Assembly (NCBI GenBank): GCA_048885765.1
Contig: JBHLLI010000003.1
Location: forward strand, 2,565-66,564
Length of the DNA: 64,000 bases
Direction of reading: 5' to 3'
Origin: Candidatus Hermodarchaeota archaeon
GTDB taxonomy: Archaea > Asgardarchaeota > Lokiarchaeia > Sigyniarchaeales > SOKP01
Shown here: positions 48,990-58,261 of the stretch, one piece after another
Position numbering within the stretch: the stretch's first letter is position 1
How the letters are laid out: each line of letters begins with the position of its first letter
Translations under genes and position numbers: made by a program
The notes under the pieces: generated by a model
What the model was told of the DNA's origin: nothing
Databases searched by the model: none
What the model saw: the letters and a program-made list of their open reading frames with translations, nothing else

Positions 48990-49264
48990 AACTATAATTT
49001 GATTAACTTAGTAAAATAACATAGTGAGACTAAAAGAATTCTAATGAATTACAGAGAAGTGAAAATTAGGGCATTTTTTAATAGTTAATATAATAGAAAT
49101 CATTAATAATAAGCGATATAAATTTGAGTATGAATATTTATCAAATCGAAAAATTAATTTATATGAATTTAATCAGTTAATAATTTTTTTTTTTAATCCG
49201 TCAAGATATAGTATCTCAATGTAAATTTTCTAAAATCGAATTAAAACGCACTTAAGGAATAATT

Positions 49265-51067
49265 ATGGATTTATTACCAAAAGTATTTAGAACTGAAGGG
49301 AAAATAGCAGAATTTGACCCATCTAAGATTTTTGAAAGTATCTTAAAAGAAACGGGAATGAGTGAAAAAGATACTAAACACATAACTGAATTAGTTGTTA
49401 GAAGGATCATAAGTTCAGGGATTAAATTTCTCTCTGGACCTCATATTAGGGAAATTGTATGTTCAATTCTTTCAGAAGAGCATTTTGAGAATGAACGTAA
49501 ATTATATACAAGAATAGGAATGCCATTAATGGATTATGAAGAAATACTAGAAATTGGACCAAGAAATAAGCAGGAGAACTGGATAAATCCAGAAAAAATA
49601 CATCATTGGGCTGCAAATCAAATCGCTGAAGAATATGCTCACTTGAGAATCTTAAAAAACGAGGAATCAAAAGCCCATCTATCAGGTGATATCCATATAA
49701 ATGGATTGCATTATTTTGTTTTAAGACCATGTAGCCAAATTTGGGACCCTCGACTTATTTTAAGATATGGATTTCCTCCTATTAAAGAATTAAATAGATA
49801 TTTTAAATATAAACCTGCTAATTCTCTTAAATCTGCGTTTTTTCAACTTAATAAATGGCTAGAACTGGTACAAAGTGAGTTTTATGGAACCCAAGGTTTA
49901 CATTTTATAAGTAATTTCTTAGGACCATATTTAGAAAATCTTCCAGAACAAGAAATTATTAAAGAAATTCAAGGTTTCATTTATGGAAATAATATTTTAC
50001 CTTTAATAATCGGACGAGGATTATCTCCCTTATCAATTCAAACATCGTTTTGTGCTTTCAATGAACTTAAAGACGCTCCTGCTATAATTTCAGGGGGTAA
50101 AATCAATAAAATTTATGGAAATTATCATGACCAATGTACTCAGTTTTTTAAAGCCTTGCTACTAAGTTATAAAGAGATTATACAGAAATATCCATTTCTT
50201 TCCTTACCAAAACTAAACATATTAATCAATGAGAATTTCATAAATTTTATCGAAGATATTTTTCCAAACATTTGGAATGAAAATAAATTAATAGATTCTA
50301 TATATTTCTCAAATCTTCTCTCAAATTCTCATTTTTTCAAAAAACTTGAATTTTCTTCTAAAAAAAAATACCTTAATTATGGTATACTTCAAAATATAAG
50401 TTTAAATTTACCCCGATATGCATATATATCTAAAGACGAGGATAAGTTCTTAGAGTTATTAAGATCTAAGTTAAATTTATGCTCAAATATTTTGTTAAAA
50501 AAATATGGTATAATAAAGAAAAGAATAAATTCAAAACACTTACCTTTTTGCGGAACCATTATCAATGGAAAGAGCATCTTCCAATTTGAAAACCAAGGGT
50601 TATCAATAAGCCTAATAGGACTAAATGAAGCGATAAAATATTTAACTAATTATCACCTTCATGAAAACTTAGAAATTGTTGAATTTGGTAAAAAAATTTT
50701 AAAAGATATTAATCAAGTTTGTTTTGCATTATCAGAAAGCCATAACCTTCATTTTATATTGAGTGAAAACCTTTCTGTTAGAGCTTTAAAAAGATTTTCT
50801 CTATTAGATTCAAAAAATTTTCCAAAAGAAGTAAAAATGGTAACAGATAATAATTATACAAACTCTGTTCATTTCCGTGAAGATATAGATATTGACTTAT
50901 TAGAAAGAGTGAAAGTTCAAGAAGCTTTTCATGAATATATACATGAGGGAGCTATAACCTATATATCCTTAAAGGAGTTAAAAAATAGTGAAGTTACTAT
51001 TAAAGATTTCTTAACTAAAATTTCTAAAGATTCATTGATTTCAAATTTAAAATTTATCCTTAAATAA
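49265..51067 (+). CDS. ATP-cone + class III ribonucleotide reductase (NrdD)-like protein lacking the glycyl-radical C-terminus
   Basis: ATP cone KVFRTEG...FDPSKI; AHLSGDIHI, LNLPR, GLNEA, YTNSVH; no CxxC..CxxC site or RxxGY loop. Confidence 0.8.
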   Translation: MDLLPKVFRTEGKIAEFDPSKIFESILKETGMSEKDTKHITELVVRRIISSGIKFLSGPHIREIVCSILSEEHFENERKLYTRIGMPLMDYEEILEIGPRNKQENWINPEKIHHWAANQIAEEYAHLRILKNEESKAHLSGDIHINGLHYFVLRPCSQIWDPRLILRYGFPPIKELNRYFKYKPANSLKSAFFQLNKWLELVQSEFYGTQGLHFISNFLGPYLENLPEQEIIKEIQGFIYGNNILPLIIGRGLSPLSIQTSFCAFNELKDAPAIISGGKINKIYGNYHDQCTQFFKALLLSYKEIIQKYPFLSLPKLNILINENFINFIEDIFPNIWNENKLIDSIYFSNLLSNSHFFKKLEFSSKKKYLNYGILQNISLNLPRYAYISKDEDKFLELLRSKLNLCSNILLKKYGIIKKRINSKHLPFCGTIINGKSIFQFENQGLSISLIGLNEAIKYLTNYHLHENLEIVEFGKKILKDINQVCFALSESHNLHFILSENLSVRALKRFSLLDSKNFPKEVKMVTDNNYTNSVHFREDIDIDLLERVKVQEAFHEYIHEGAITYISLKELKNSEVTIKDFLTKISKDSLISNLKFILK

Positions 51068-51202
51068 ATCAAATAGTTCAGTAAAAAAAGTATTTAATAA
51101 GAATGACTTTTTTGATAATAGTAAAGTGATATTAGGATTTTATAATATTTTAAAATTATAAACCTATAGAACCTTAATAAGTCATAATATGTAAAAATAA
51201 AT

Positions 51203-52675
51203 GTGGGTTATTTGACAAAAACTAAAGAAAAACAAAAAAAACAGAAGCCAGCAAAACAAGAAGAAGTAGAGACCAAATCGAATATTATCAAAGCAGTAGT
51301 TTTGAGTATATTTGATGAAAACGGTCCATCACCAAAGATTTTTTGGCCCGATGATTTGGATGAGCAAGCGGGGCTTTTAATCGCAATGAAAACAATTAGT
51401 TTATTAATGGGAGATTCTACTTATCAAGATGGCATCGGAACAGAAGGAGTTAATTATTTTGGAATTCTTCCTTTTCCTGATTTAAAATTAAATGGACTAA
51501 CTTATTTTTTCTTAATACCTGATGATAAAGCTCGTGGTAAAGCTCTAGCAGCAACAATTACAGTATTGATTGATGAAAATAACAAAGTATTTTTTTATGA
51601 AAATATGAAGTATTTAAGAGTTATCATGGATAAAGCCGCCACTCAAATCCAGTACAATAAAAGTTTGGATGAACGAGAACTCATTATTGACGAGCTACAT
51701 AATGAACTCATCGAATTTACCAAAGAATTAAAAGATCCTTTTTCTACTAAACGTCAATTGAAAATATTGCTTACCGGATTAGACAAAGCAGGAAAAACAA
51801 GCTTTATGCTCGGTATAAAAAGAAAATATTCTGAAATTATAAAATCCATGCCCACAAAAGGCGTTGAAAGGACAGAGGAAAATATTTTCGATGAACAAAA
51901 TTCCCAAATTTCCTTATGGGATTTAGGGGGACAAGAAAAATATAGAGAAAGATATCTTGAACAAAGTGAAGTATACTTGTATAATATTGATTTAATGTTT
52001 TTTTTCATTGATATTCAGGATGTAGAAAGAGTTGAGGAAGCACTTGATTTATTTAGTAAAATTATAAAAATCTTAATTGAATTAGATGAATTTCCCCCCA
52101 TTGTCGTTTGTTTAAATAAATTTGATCCGGATCTTAAGGGTTCTGGTGAAATATTTAAGAGTTTAGAAATTATCGCGGATGCTATTAAGGAAAATTCTGA
52201 TAGATTTTTTATTAAGATTTTTCAGACAACTATTTTTGATCATTGGAGTCTTATTTCCGCATACTCTTTTGGTTTATCCCAATTAAGCCCAAATCGTGAA
52301 TTATTTAGAAATCAATTGAAAAAGTTTGCGAAAAAAACCAATTCAGATGCTATTTTACTACTTAATGAAAACGGTTTAATATTATCTAATTTTTCTAAAA
52401 CAGATATTTCTGGAAAACTTTTTGAGATTATTGCTCCATATTATAAGAATCTGTATAAAACATTTGAAGAATTTAAATTACTTGATCAGGATTTCATAGT
52501 ATCATCTGGTATCGCGGATGAATCTATGGAAGTAATTTTTAAAAAAATTACTATTGAAAAATATAATTTGTACTTATTACTGTTCTTAGAAAAATCTTTT
52601 GAAATTGAAAAAATCGAAAAAAATTTACCAGAATTCTCGAAAGCTCTTATTGATTTAATTCATACGTACATTTAA
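51203..52675 (+). CDS. u-DENN/longin-like (DDKARG loop) + Rag/Arf-like GTPase + roadblock-like domain protein
   Basis: FDENGPSPKIFWP, FFLIPDDKARG; G1 GLDKAGKTS, PTKG, WDLGGQ, NKFD, TTIFD; C-terminal LLNENGLILS. Confidence 0.85.
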   Translation: MGYLTKTKEKQKKQKPAKQEEVETKSNIIKAVVLSIFDENGPSPKIFWPDDLDEQAGLLIAMKTISLLMGDSTYQDGIGTEGVNYFGILPFPDLKLNGLTYFFLIPDDKARGKALAATITVLIDENNKVFFYENMKYLRVIMDKAATQIQYNKSLDERELIIDELHNELIEFTKELKDPFSTKRQLKILLTGLDKAGKTSFMLGIKRKYSEIIKSMPTKGVERTEENIFDEQNSQISLWDLGGQEKYRERYLEQSEVYLYNIDLMFFFIDIQDVERVEEALDLFSKIIKILIELDEFPPIVVCLNKFDPDLKGSGEIFKSLEIIADAIKENSDRFFIKIFQTTIFDHWSLISAYSFGLSQLSPNRELFRNQLKKFAKKTNSDAILLLNENGLILSNFSKTDISGKLFEIIAPYYKNLYKTFEEFKLLDQDFIVSSGIADESMEVIFKKITIEKYNLYLLLFLEKSFEIEKIEKNLPEFSKALIDLIHTYI

Positions 52676-52695
52676 AAAAAAATAAAGAAATTATT

Positions 52696-53985
52696 TTATT
52701 TATCATAATAGGGAATTAACTTTTTTCCTCCTCTGCGTCTTAGTAAGAACATTAATGTAGTTACAGCACCTACTCCTACTATCGTAAAAATAACAAAAAT
52801 TAAAGGTAATTCACCAGGAGGTCTGAGATTTGTTTCAATTACAGTTACCTCAATCGTAAATTGAAAGTCATAAGCAGTATGATCACTACATACTGGAGAA
52901 GGAACTAATGGGAATTCGGAAATATAATCAAATGGTGGAGTTGCTCCTGGTAAGTAAAACCAAGCACCTACATTCAAATTAAAACGAAGAAAGTCAATTC
53001 CATTAAAATAACCTTCTTTCCAAGTGGGATCACACGCGATCCAGCCAATTGAGGGTATAAAATATTCAACCCATGCATGTCCAAGTATTTGGTTTGTAAA
53101 TGACTGAGTTTCAGTTGCTCCTACATAATTAAGATCGAATAGATATTTATTATCGACCGTAGGACGGTGTGAAGGATATCTACTAATCAAAAACCCAGTA
53201 ACCTTTCTTGCAGGTATGCTCTGAATTCTTAGGAGGGTAATCATTAGATCTGAAATATCTGAGCAATCTCCTTTTCGTTGAATATATGCTTCATATGCTC
53301 CTATTTCTTGGTTTTGTTCTTCATATTCAATATTTATAGCAATCCAATTAAAAATCTCCCTTGCCTTATCAACAGGGTTAGTTAGCGATCCCACTATATC
53401 ATTTGAGCGTGCTATTAAATCTGGATGACTACAATTATAAAAAGTTTCAGTAACATTGTATAAAGTATGTATCTCATCACCTGGATTATAAGATCCTATA
53501 TCACCACTATCAATATCATTAAAATAGATGTCATTTAAAGTTATATTATATTTATAATTCACTGTGATTTCTTCCGAATTATCTAATGTTACGTTAAATC
53601 TATCATAGGTATTGTTAAATTTATCATTAAATCCCTCTTCAATCTCACCTCCATCCCACTTAGAAATATTGCTTTCAAGACTCTCAAGTATTTGATAGGG
53701 AGGGCAATAGGGGGTCAATGGTGAATTTGGTTGACGATCATTTAATCTAGCTACTTTAAAAATATAAGTTTGAGGTGCTACTTTAGTGTGGGTTAATGTA
53801 TAATTCATCTCTACTTGGTATGAAACGTTTTGAGCAATTTGAAAATTGGAAACTCCATTAATCGGAGCAGAAAGTTGAGGAGTTACAGTTATTGTATTAG
53901 AAGATATCAAAAGTGATATTCCAATTGTACTAATTGAAGGAAAAATAATTAAATATAAAAAAACGAAGGTATATTTAGCTTTCAT
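52696..53985 (-). CDS. Membrane-anchored transglutaminase-like domain protein
   Basis: N-terminal hydrophobic signal; GDCSD, GHAWVE, CDPT triad; C-terminal TM plus RRR. Confidence 0.88.
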   Translation of the reverse strand: MKAKYTFVFLYLIIFPSISTIGISLLISSNTITVTPQLSAPINGVSNFQIAQNVSYQVEMNYTLTHTKVAPQTYIFKVARLNDRQPNSPLTPYCPPYQILESLESNISKWDGGEIEEGFNDKFNNTYDRFNVTLDNSEEITVNYKYNITLNDIYFNDIDSGDIGSYNPGDEIHTLYNVTETFYNCSHPDLIARSNDIVGSLTNPVDKAREIFNWIAINIEYEEQNQEIGAYEAYIQRKGDCSDISDLMITLLRIQSIPARKVTGFLISRYPSHRPTVDNKYLFDLNYVGATETQSFTNQILGHAWVEYFIPSIGWIACDPTWKEGYFNGIDFLRFNLNVGAWFYLPGATPPFDYISEFPLVPSPVCSDHTAYDFQFTIEVTVIETNLRPPGELPLIFVIFTIVGVGAVTTLMFLLRRRGGKKLIPYYDK

Positions 53986-54131
53986 CTTATAATCATAGAA
54001 CTTAGATATATGTTATATTAGAAAAAATATTATCTATTTTTAATTTTAACCATAAAAAAATTGTAAATTAAGAATAAAAGGGTGAATTTTTATATTTTTT
54101 ATATAATAAATAAATTCTATTTTTTTTAGTC

Positions 54132-54767
54132 TTGATTTATAAGATATTTTTAATTGATGCTGATAATGGAATATCACTTGTTGAATCCACATTTAAAGAA
54201 TTAAAGAAGGTTCAAGATGATATACTTACAGGATTTTTTAATGCTATTAATACTACTATTGATGTAATTCAAGAAGCGATGTCTAAAGGAAGAAGAGTAA
54301 ATGAGATGGATAGGATTCTTCAATCTGAGGATTCAATAATTTTTATTTATTATCATCCATTATCAAGAATTCTTTTCTGTTCAATTTCAGATGCTGATGA
54401 TAATTCTGAGAAAATTGAAGATGTAATTCACAAAATCGCAAACCGTTTTTGGAAAAAGCACCAATCTGATTTGAAAAATTTTAGGACTACAACAGACAAA
54501 AGTAGATTCCAAACTCTAATTGCTGATATTCAGAATCTTACAATCGGCGGTCGTATTGCTGAAATTTTTCCAAAATTATTAATTGTTAAAGGAGTACTTG
54601 AAAAGGTTCTTTCTATGGGAATGATTGATGAATTTGATTTAGAGGTTGCTTTACAATGCACTGGATCAAATTCTCCTCTAAAAATTTCAAGAAATCTAAA
54701 TAAAAAGCAATCAGATATAACCCCTATTTTACAAAAATTAGAACAGCTTGAAATTATTAAAATGTGA
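54132..54767 (+). CDS. Longin-like domain + C-terminal winged-helix protein
   Basis: IFLIDADNGISL...ILTGFFNAI longin pattern; C-terminal SPLKISRNL...ILQKLEQLEII. Confidence 0.65.
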   Translation: MIYKIFLIDADNGISLVESTFKELKKVQDDILTGFFNAINTTIDVIQEAMSKGRRVNEMDRILQSEDSIIFIYYHPLSRILFCSISDADDNSEKIEDVIHKIANRFWKKHQSDLKNFRTTTDKSRFQTLIADIQNLTIGGRIAEIFPKLLIVKGVLEKVLSMGMIDEFDLEVALQCTGSNSPLKISRNLNKKQSDITPILQKLEQLEIIKM

Positions 54768-54870
54768 AAAATATTTTGAAAAGAATATTTACTTTCTACC
54801 TCTAAATAGAAAAAAATAAAAATTTTAATAGTTTATCAAAATTACATTTTAAAAGATAGTTGATTAAATA

Positions 54871-55464
54871 ATGGAGACAAAGCAAAAAATCATCGCTGAG
54901 GTAAAAAGTCCTTCAAAAGATGCTCATCCAAGAGAAGGCATAGGTTTTTCATTAGGTGAAATTAAACAAGCTGGAAAAGATATTAACATTCTAAAACAAT
55001 TGAATATTAAAATCGATTATTTTAGAAAATCTGTTCATTCAGAGAACATTGCGAAACTTAAATTAATTGAAGTACCAAAGAAAAAAGGAAAAAAGAGAGA
55101 TCCATTTGTTAAAAAAGAGAAAAAGCGGACAGAATTTAAACCTATAACTGAGAAAAAGATAATTAAAAAACCAATAAAACCTAAAGTGACTGCCCCAAAA
55201 CCTACTCCAAAGCCAAAAAAGAAGGAAAAAGTAAAACCAATTAAGGAAGAAAAACTGGTAAAAATACCAAAACCTGCAGGCATACCATTAACAGAATTAT
55301 CAGGCTTAGGAGCAGCAACAGCAAAAAAATTCATTGAATTAGGAGTTAATACTGTTGAAGATTTACTTAGAGAAAATCTTGATGAATTAGCAACTTTAAT
55401 TAAAGGTGTTTCTTCAGAAAGAATTACAAAATGGCTTGAAGAAGGAAAGGAGTTAATAAAATAG
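54871..55464 (+). CDS. rpl13e: Ribosomal protein eL13-like domain + Lys/Pro linker + helix-hairpin-helix domain
   Basis: REGIGFSLGEIKQAG...IKIDYFRKSVHSENI (eL13 pattern); LTELSGLGAATAKKF...IKGVS (HhH x2). Confidence 0.75.
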   Translation: METKQKIIAEVKSPSKDAHPREGIGFSLGEIKQAGKDINILKQLNIKIDYFRKSVHSENIAKLKLIEVPKKKGKKRDPFVKKEKKRTEFKPITEKKIIKKPIKPKVTAPKPTPKPKKKEKVKPIKEEKLVKIPKPAGIPLTELSGLGAATAKKFIELGVNTVEDLLRENLDELATLIKGVSSERITKWLEEGKELIK

Positions 55465-55607
55465 TATCTCTCTTTTTTATATTTATATTGAATTTCGAAG
55501 TTAATATTAATTGAAAGTTGATCATCTAATTCAGAAATTTTATAAATTTTCAATTTATCTTAGATGTAATTTTAATTTTTGAATTATGAAACAATAATGG
55601 GAAGTAT

Positions 55608-56105
55608 ATGGAATATAATTATTTTATATATGACAAGCCAGAATGTAAAATTAAAATAAATAAAATGCCAAAATGGTTTCAGGAAGTAGAATACGAGGGT
55701 GATGAGAATCAAGGATTTATTGTATTAAATTCTCAAAATGAATATGATGAAATTTGGGGCCCTGAAGCTAAAATGGAGATAAATTGGGAAAAAAAAGAAC
55801 GAATGAATTTATTTTATTATAAAGAAGTCCAGAATTCAATAGATGTTTACAATGCAATTGGTCTTGTCGTTACAGAAAAAAATATGGACTGGTTATTGAG
55901 CCATGAAATCACATTTTGGTTAGGTCATCGAAATAAACTGATTAGAAAACGGCTTTATCATGAAAGAGGAATACATTGTGTATTTTATTGTGATACAACT
56001 GAGAGATTGTTTAATATCCATACATCAGTAATTGGAGACAAATTTGAAAGTTTTAAACCTTACATTATGAAATCATATAATTCAGTAGTGTGCCATGAAA
56101 TTTAG
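55608..56105 (+). CDS. Hypothetical protein
   Basis: 165-aa ORF; H...H..C...CH residues may bind metal. Confidence 0.7.
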   Translation: MEYNYFIYDKPECKIKINKMPKWFQEVEYEGDENQGFIVLNSQNEYDEIWGPEAKMEINWEKKERMNLFYYKEVQNSIDVYNAIGLVVTEKNMDWLLSHEITFWLGHRNKLIRKRLYHERGIHCVFYCDTTERLFNIHTSVIGDKFESFKPYIMKSYNSVVCHEI

Positions 56106-56842
56106 GTTTTTTGAGCAAAAACAAAGAAATTATCTTTTTGAGTAGGTCCACCAGTTATTTTAAATTCTTTAATATTAAATATTCCCATAAGCTTTTTAAG
56201 TTCATATTTCGAGAAAAAATGATAAAATCGATCATAAGTTATATTTTCACTTGAAAGTGTCCAAGGAACATATTTATCTCCAAATTCTTCAAGTCCTTTT
56301 TTTCTCTGTTGACTCCTATAATCCATAGTAAAGTTTCTTTTAATCCAATCCCAAACAAAATAATCTCTAAATTTTGTTTGCCATTTCCGCCATACTGTTA
56401 AAATTAAGTTACCTTTATGTTTTAAAATGTCATACATTTCAATAAATGCTCTTTTTCTTTCGATTTTCTTCTTAATGTGGTGTATAGTAGCAATTGAGTA
56501 GATGGTATCAATTGATTTCTCTCTAATTGGAAGATGGACAGCATCCGCCTGAATAAGTTGAAAAAATTTCGCCGCATAAGCATTAAAATTTTCATCATTT
56601 TTCAAATTCGATTTTGCGATTTTAAGTAAATTAAAGGAAATGTCAATTCCTATTAATTTATTTGGAGGATTATTCATTAACTTAAAGTTACGCCCATTCG
56701 CGCATCCTAAATCTAAACTTTTTCCTTTAAAGACATAACCTTTTTTATTTAAAAAATTCAAAAAAAATTGGAGTGGTCTCCATGGTTTTTTGCGCTTTGA
56801 ATGATAATCATTCGCAAAATTGTTAAAAGAGTAATTATCCAT
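56102..56842 (-). CDS. Class I SAM methyltransferase, Trm9/ALKBH8-like
   Basis: KPW, LDLGCANGRN, SIATIHH, LTVW, VPW, RFYHFF. Confidence 0.78.
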   Translation of the reverse strand: MDNYSFNNFANDYHSKRKKPWRPLQFFLNFLNKKGYVFKGKSLDLGCANGRNFKLMNNPPNKLIGIDISFNLLKIAKSNLKNDENFNAYAAKFFQLIQADAVHLPIREKSIDTIYSIATIHHIKKKIERKRAFIEMYDILKHKGNLILTVWRKWQTKFRDYFVWDWIKRNFTMDYRSQQRKKGLEEFGDKYVPWTLSSENITYDRFYHFFSKYELKKLMGIFNIKEFKITGGPTQKDNFFVFAQKT

Positions 56843-56857
56843 AAGAAATTCAATATA

Positions 56858-58132
56858 TTAATTAAAATATGTAATTTTCCCCTGTTCAACCATAATTTTA
56901 CCATCCTTAATAACATAAAGCAGATTTTTAGGATCTGTAATTATAGAGATTTCTTTAATTGGATTTTTATTACAAATTATTAAATCTGCAAATTTTCCAG
57001 TTTCAACCGATCCAATATTTTCATCTAATCTGATAGCTTTAGCTGCTTGAATTGTTGCAGCTTGAAGAGCTTGAGTTGAAGACATACCTACATTTTCGAT
57101 CATATTAATAATCTCATTTGAAGTAGTGCCATGAGGATTTCCGGGTGTTCCAGCATCAGTACCAATCGCAAATTGTACACCCTTCTCAAATGCTAATTTA
57201 TGATTAATGATCATCTGTTTTTGAATTTGTTCTTCTTTAATCTTTACTTCAGGAGGTAAATGCTTTACAATATCTGGGTTACTAATACCAAAACTTGCTG
57301 TTTGAGTTGGTATTAAGAATGTCTGTTTTTCTATCATTAACTCAATTGTCTCTTCATCCATAAGGGTTCCATGTTCGATAGTATCCACATTTGCTTCTAC
57401 AGCTTTATATATTCCTTGCTTACCGTGAGCGTGACATGCGACATGCATCCCTAATCTATGAGCTTCCTCTGTCATAGCTAGTAACTCATCTAGTAAGAAA
57501 AGACTTGTATCAACTTTAGATGCCATACCATGTAATACACCTCCAGTTGTGACTGTCTTAATAAAATTCGAACCAGAACGCTTTCTGTCTCGAACTGCAT
57601 GTTTTATTCCATCTATACCGGTTTTAACCTCACCTAGTTTCCCATAATACTCTATTACTTCAAGTGGTCCAATTACTTCTTGATTACCCCATTGAGTAAT
57701 AGGAAGATTTGCAATAACTAATCTGGGGCCAGCTAATGCACCACTATCAAAAATCCTCCGTAATGACGGCCCCCAGTCAGGGAGACTCCCACAGTCTCTC
57801 AAGCAAGTAAAGCCATTAATTAAATGTCTTTGAGCATTTTGTAAAGCATAGTAATGCCACATTGCCTTCGTTGTTCTGAGATATTTTCTTTCATAATCAG
57901 GTTCTGCAGTGCTATCAAGATGAACATGACAATCAATCAAACCGGGGATAATAAATTTTCCTTTAGCGTTGATAATTTCATCATCTGATTCTTTCTCAAA
58001 AGCATCATCCTCTCCACACCATTGAATTTTATTATCAAATATTACAATAGTTTGATTTTCTTTTATTTTCCCTTTAACAGAATCAAAAATATTTCCCGCT
58101 TTAATAATCAATCTAGAACTTTCTTGAGCCAT
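56858..58132 (-). CDS. Metal-dependent amidohydrolase (Xaa-Pro dipeptidase-like)
   Basis: PGLIDCHVH, IKTVTTGG, ACHAHG, IEHG, GTDAG, GKFADL. Confidence 0.92.
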   Translation of the reverse strand: MAQESSRLIIKAGNIFDSVKGKIKENQTIVIFDNKIQWCGEDDAFEKESDDEIINAKGKFIIPGLIDCHVHLDSTAEPDYERKYLRTTKAMWHYYALQNAQRHLINGFTCLRDCGSLPDWGPSLRRIFDSGALAGPRLVIANLPITQWGNQEVIGPLEVIEYYGKLGEVKTGIDGIKHAVRDRKRSGSNFIKTVTTGGVLHGMASKVDTSLFLLDELLAMTEEAHRLGMHVACHAHGKQGIYKAVEANVDTIEHGTLMDEETIELMIEKQTFLIPTQTASFGISNPDIVKHLPPEVKIKEEQIQKQMIINHKLAFEKGVQFAIGTDAGTPGNPHGTTSNEIINMIENVGMSSTQALQAATIQAAKAIRLDENIGSVETGKFADLIICNKNPIKEISIITDPKNLLYVIKDGKIMVEQGKITYFN

Positions 58133-58261
58133 ATTAATGAAATTAATATCCTTCAGATAATAAAGATTACCAACAAGGAAAAAAATAAATATACAAAAAC
58201 ATAATAAATTTGATAAATAATTCTCAATATATACTATTGAATGAAATAAGAATATTTAGAC

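Noticed and set aside
49265-51067. Annotation as a functional nrdD
   Set aside because: No glycyl-radical loop or Zn site, and no evident finger-loop cysteine.
55080-55280. A-rich, repetitive-looking DNA as a tandem repeat
   Set aside because: It reflects Lys/Pro codons of the eL13 linker; there is no regular unit.
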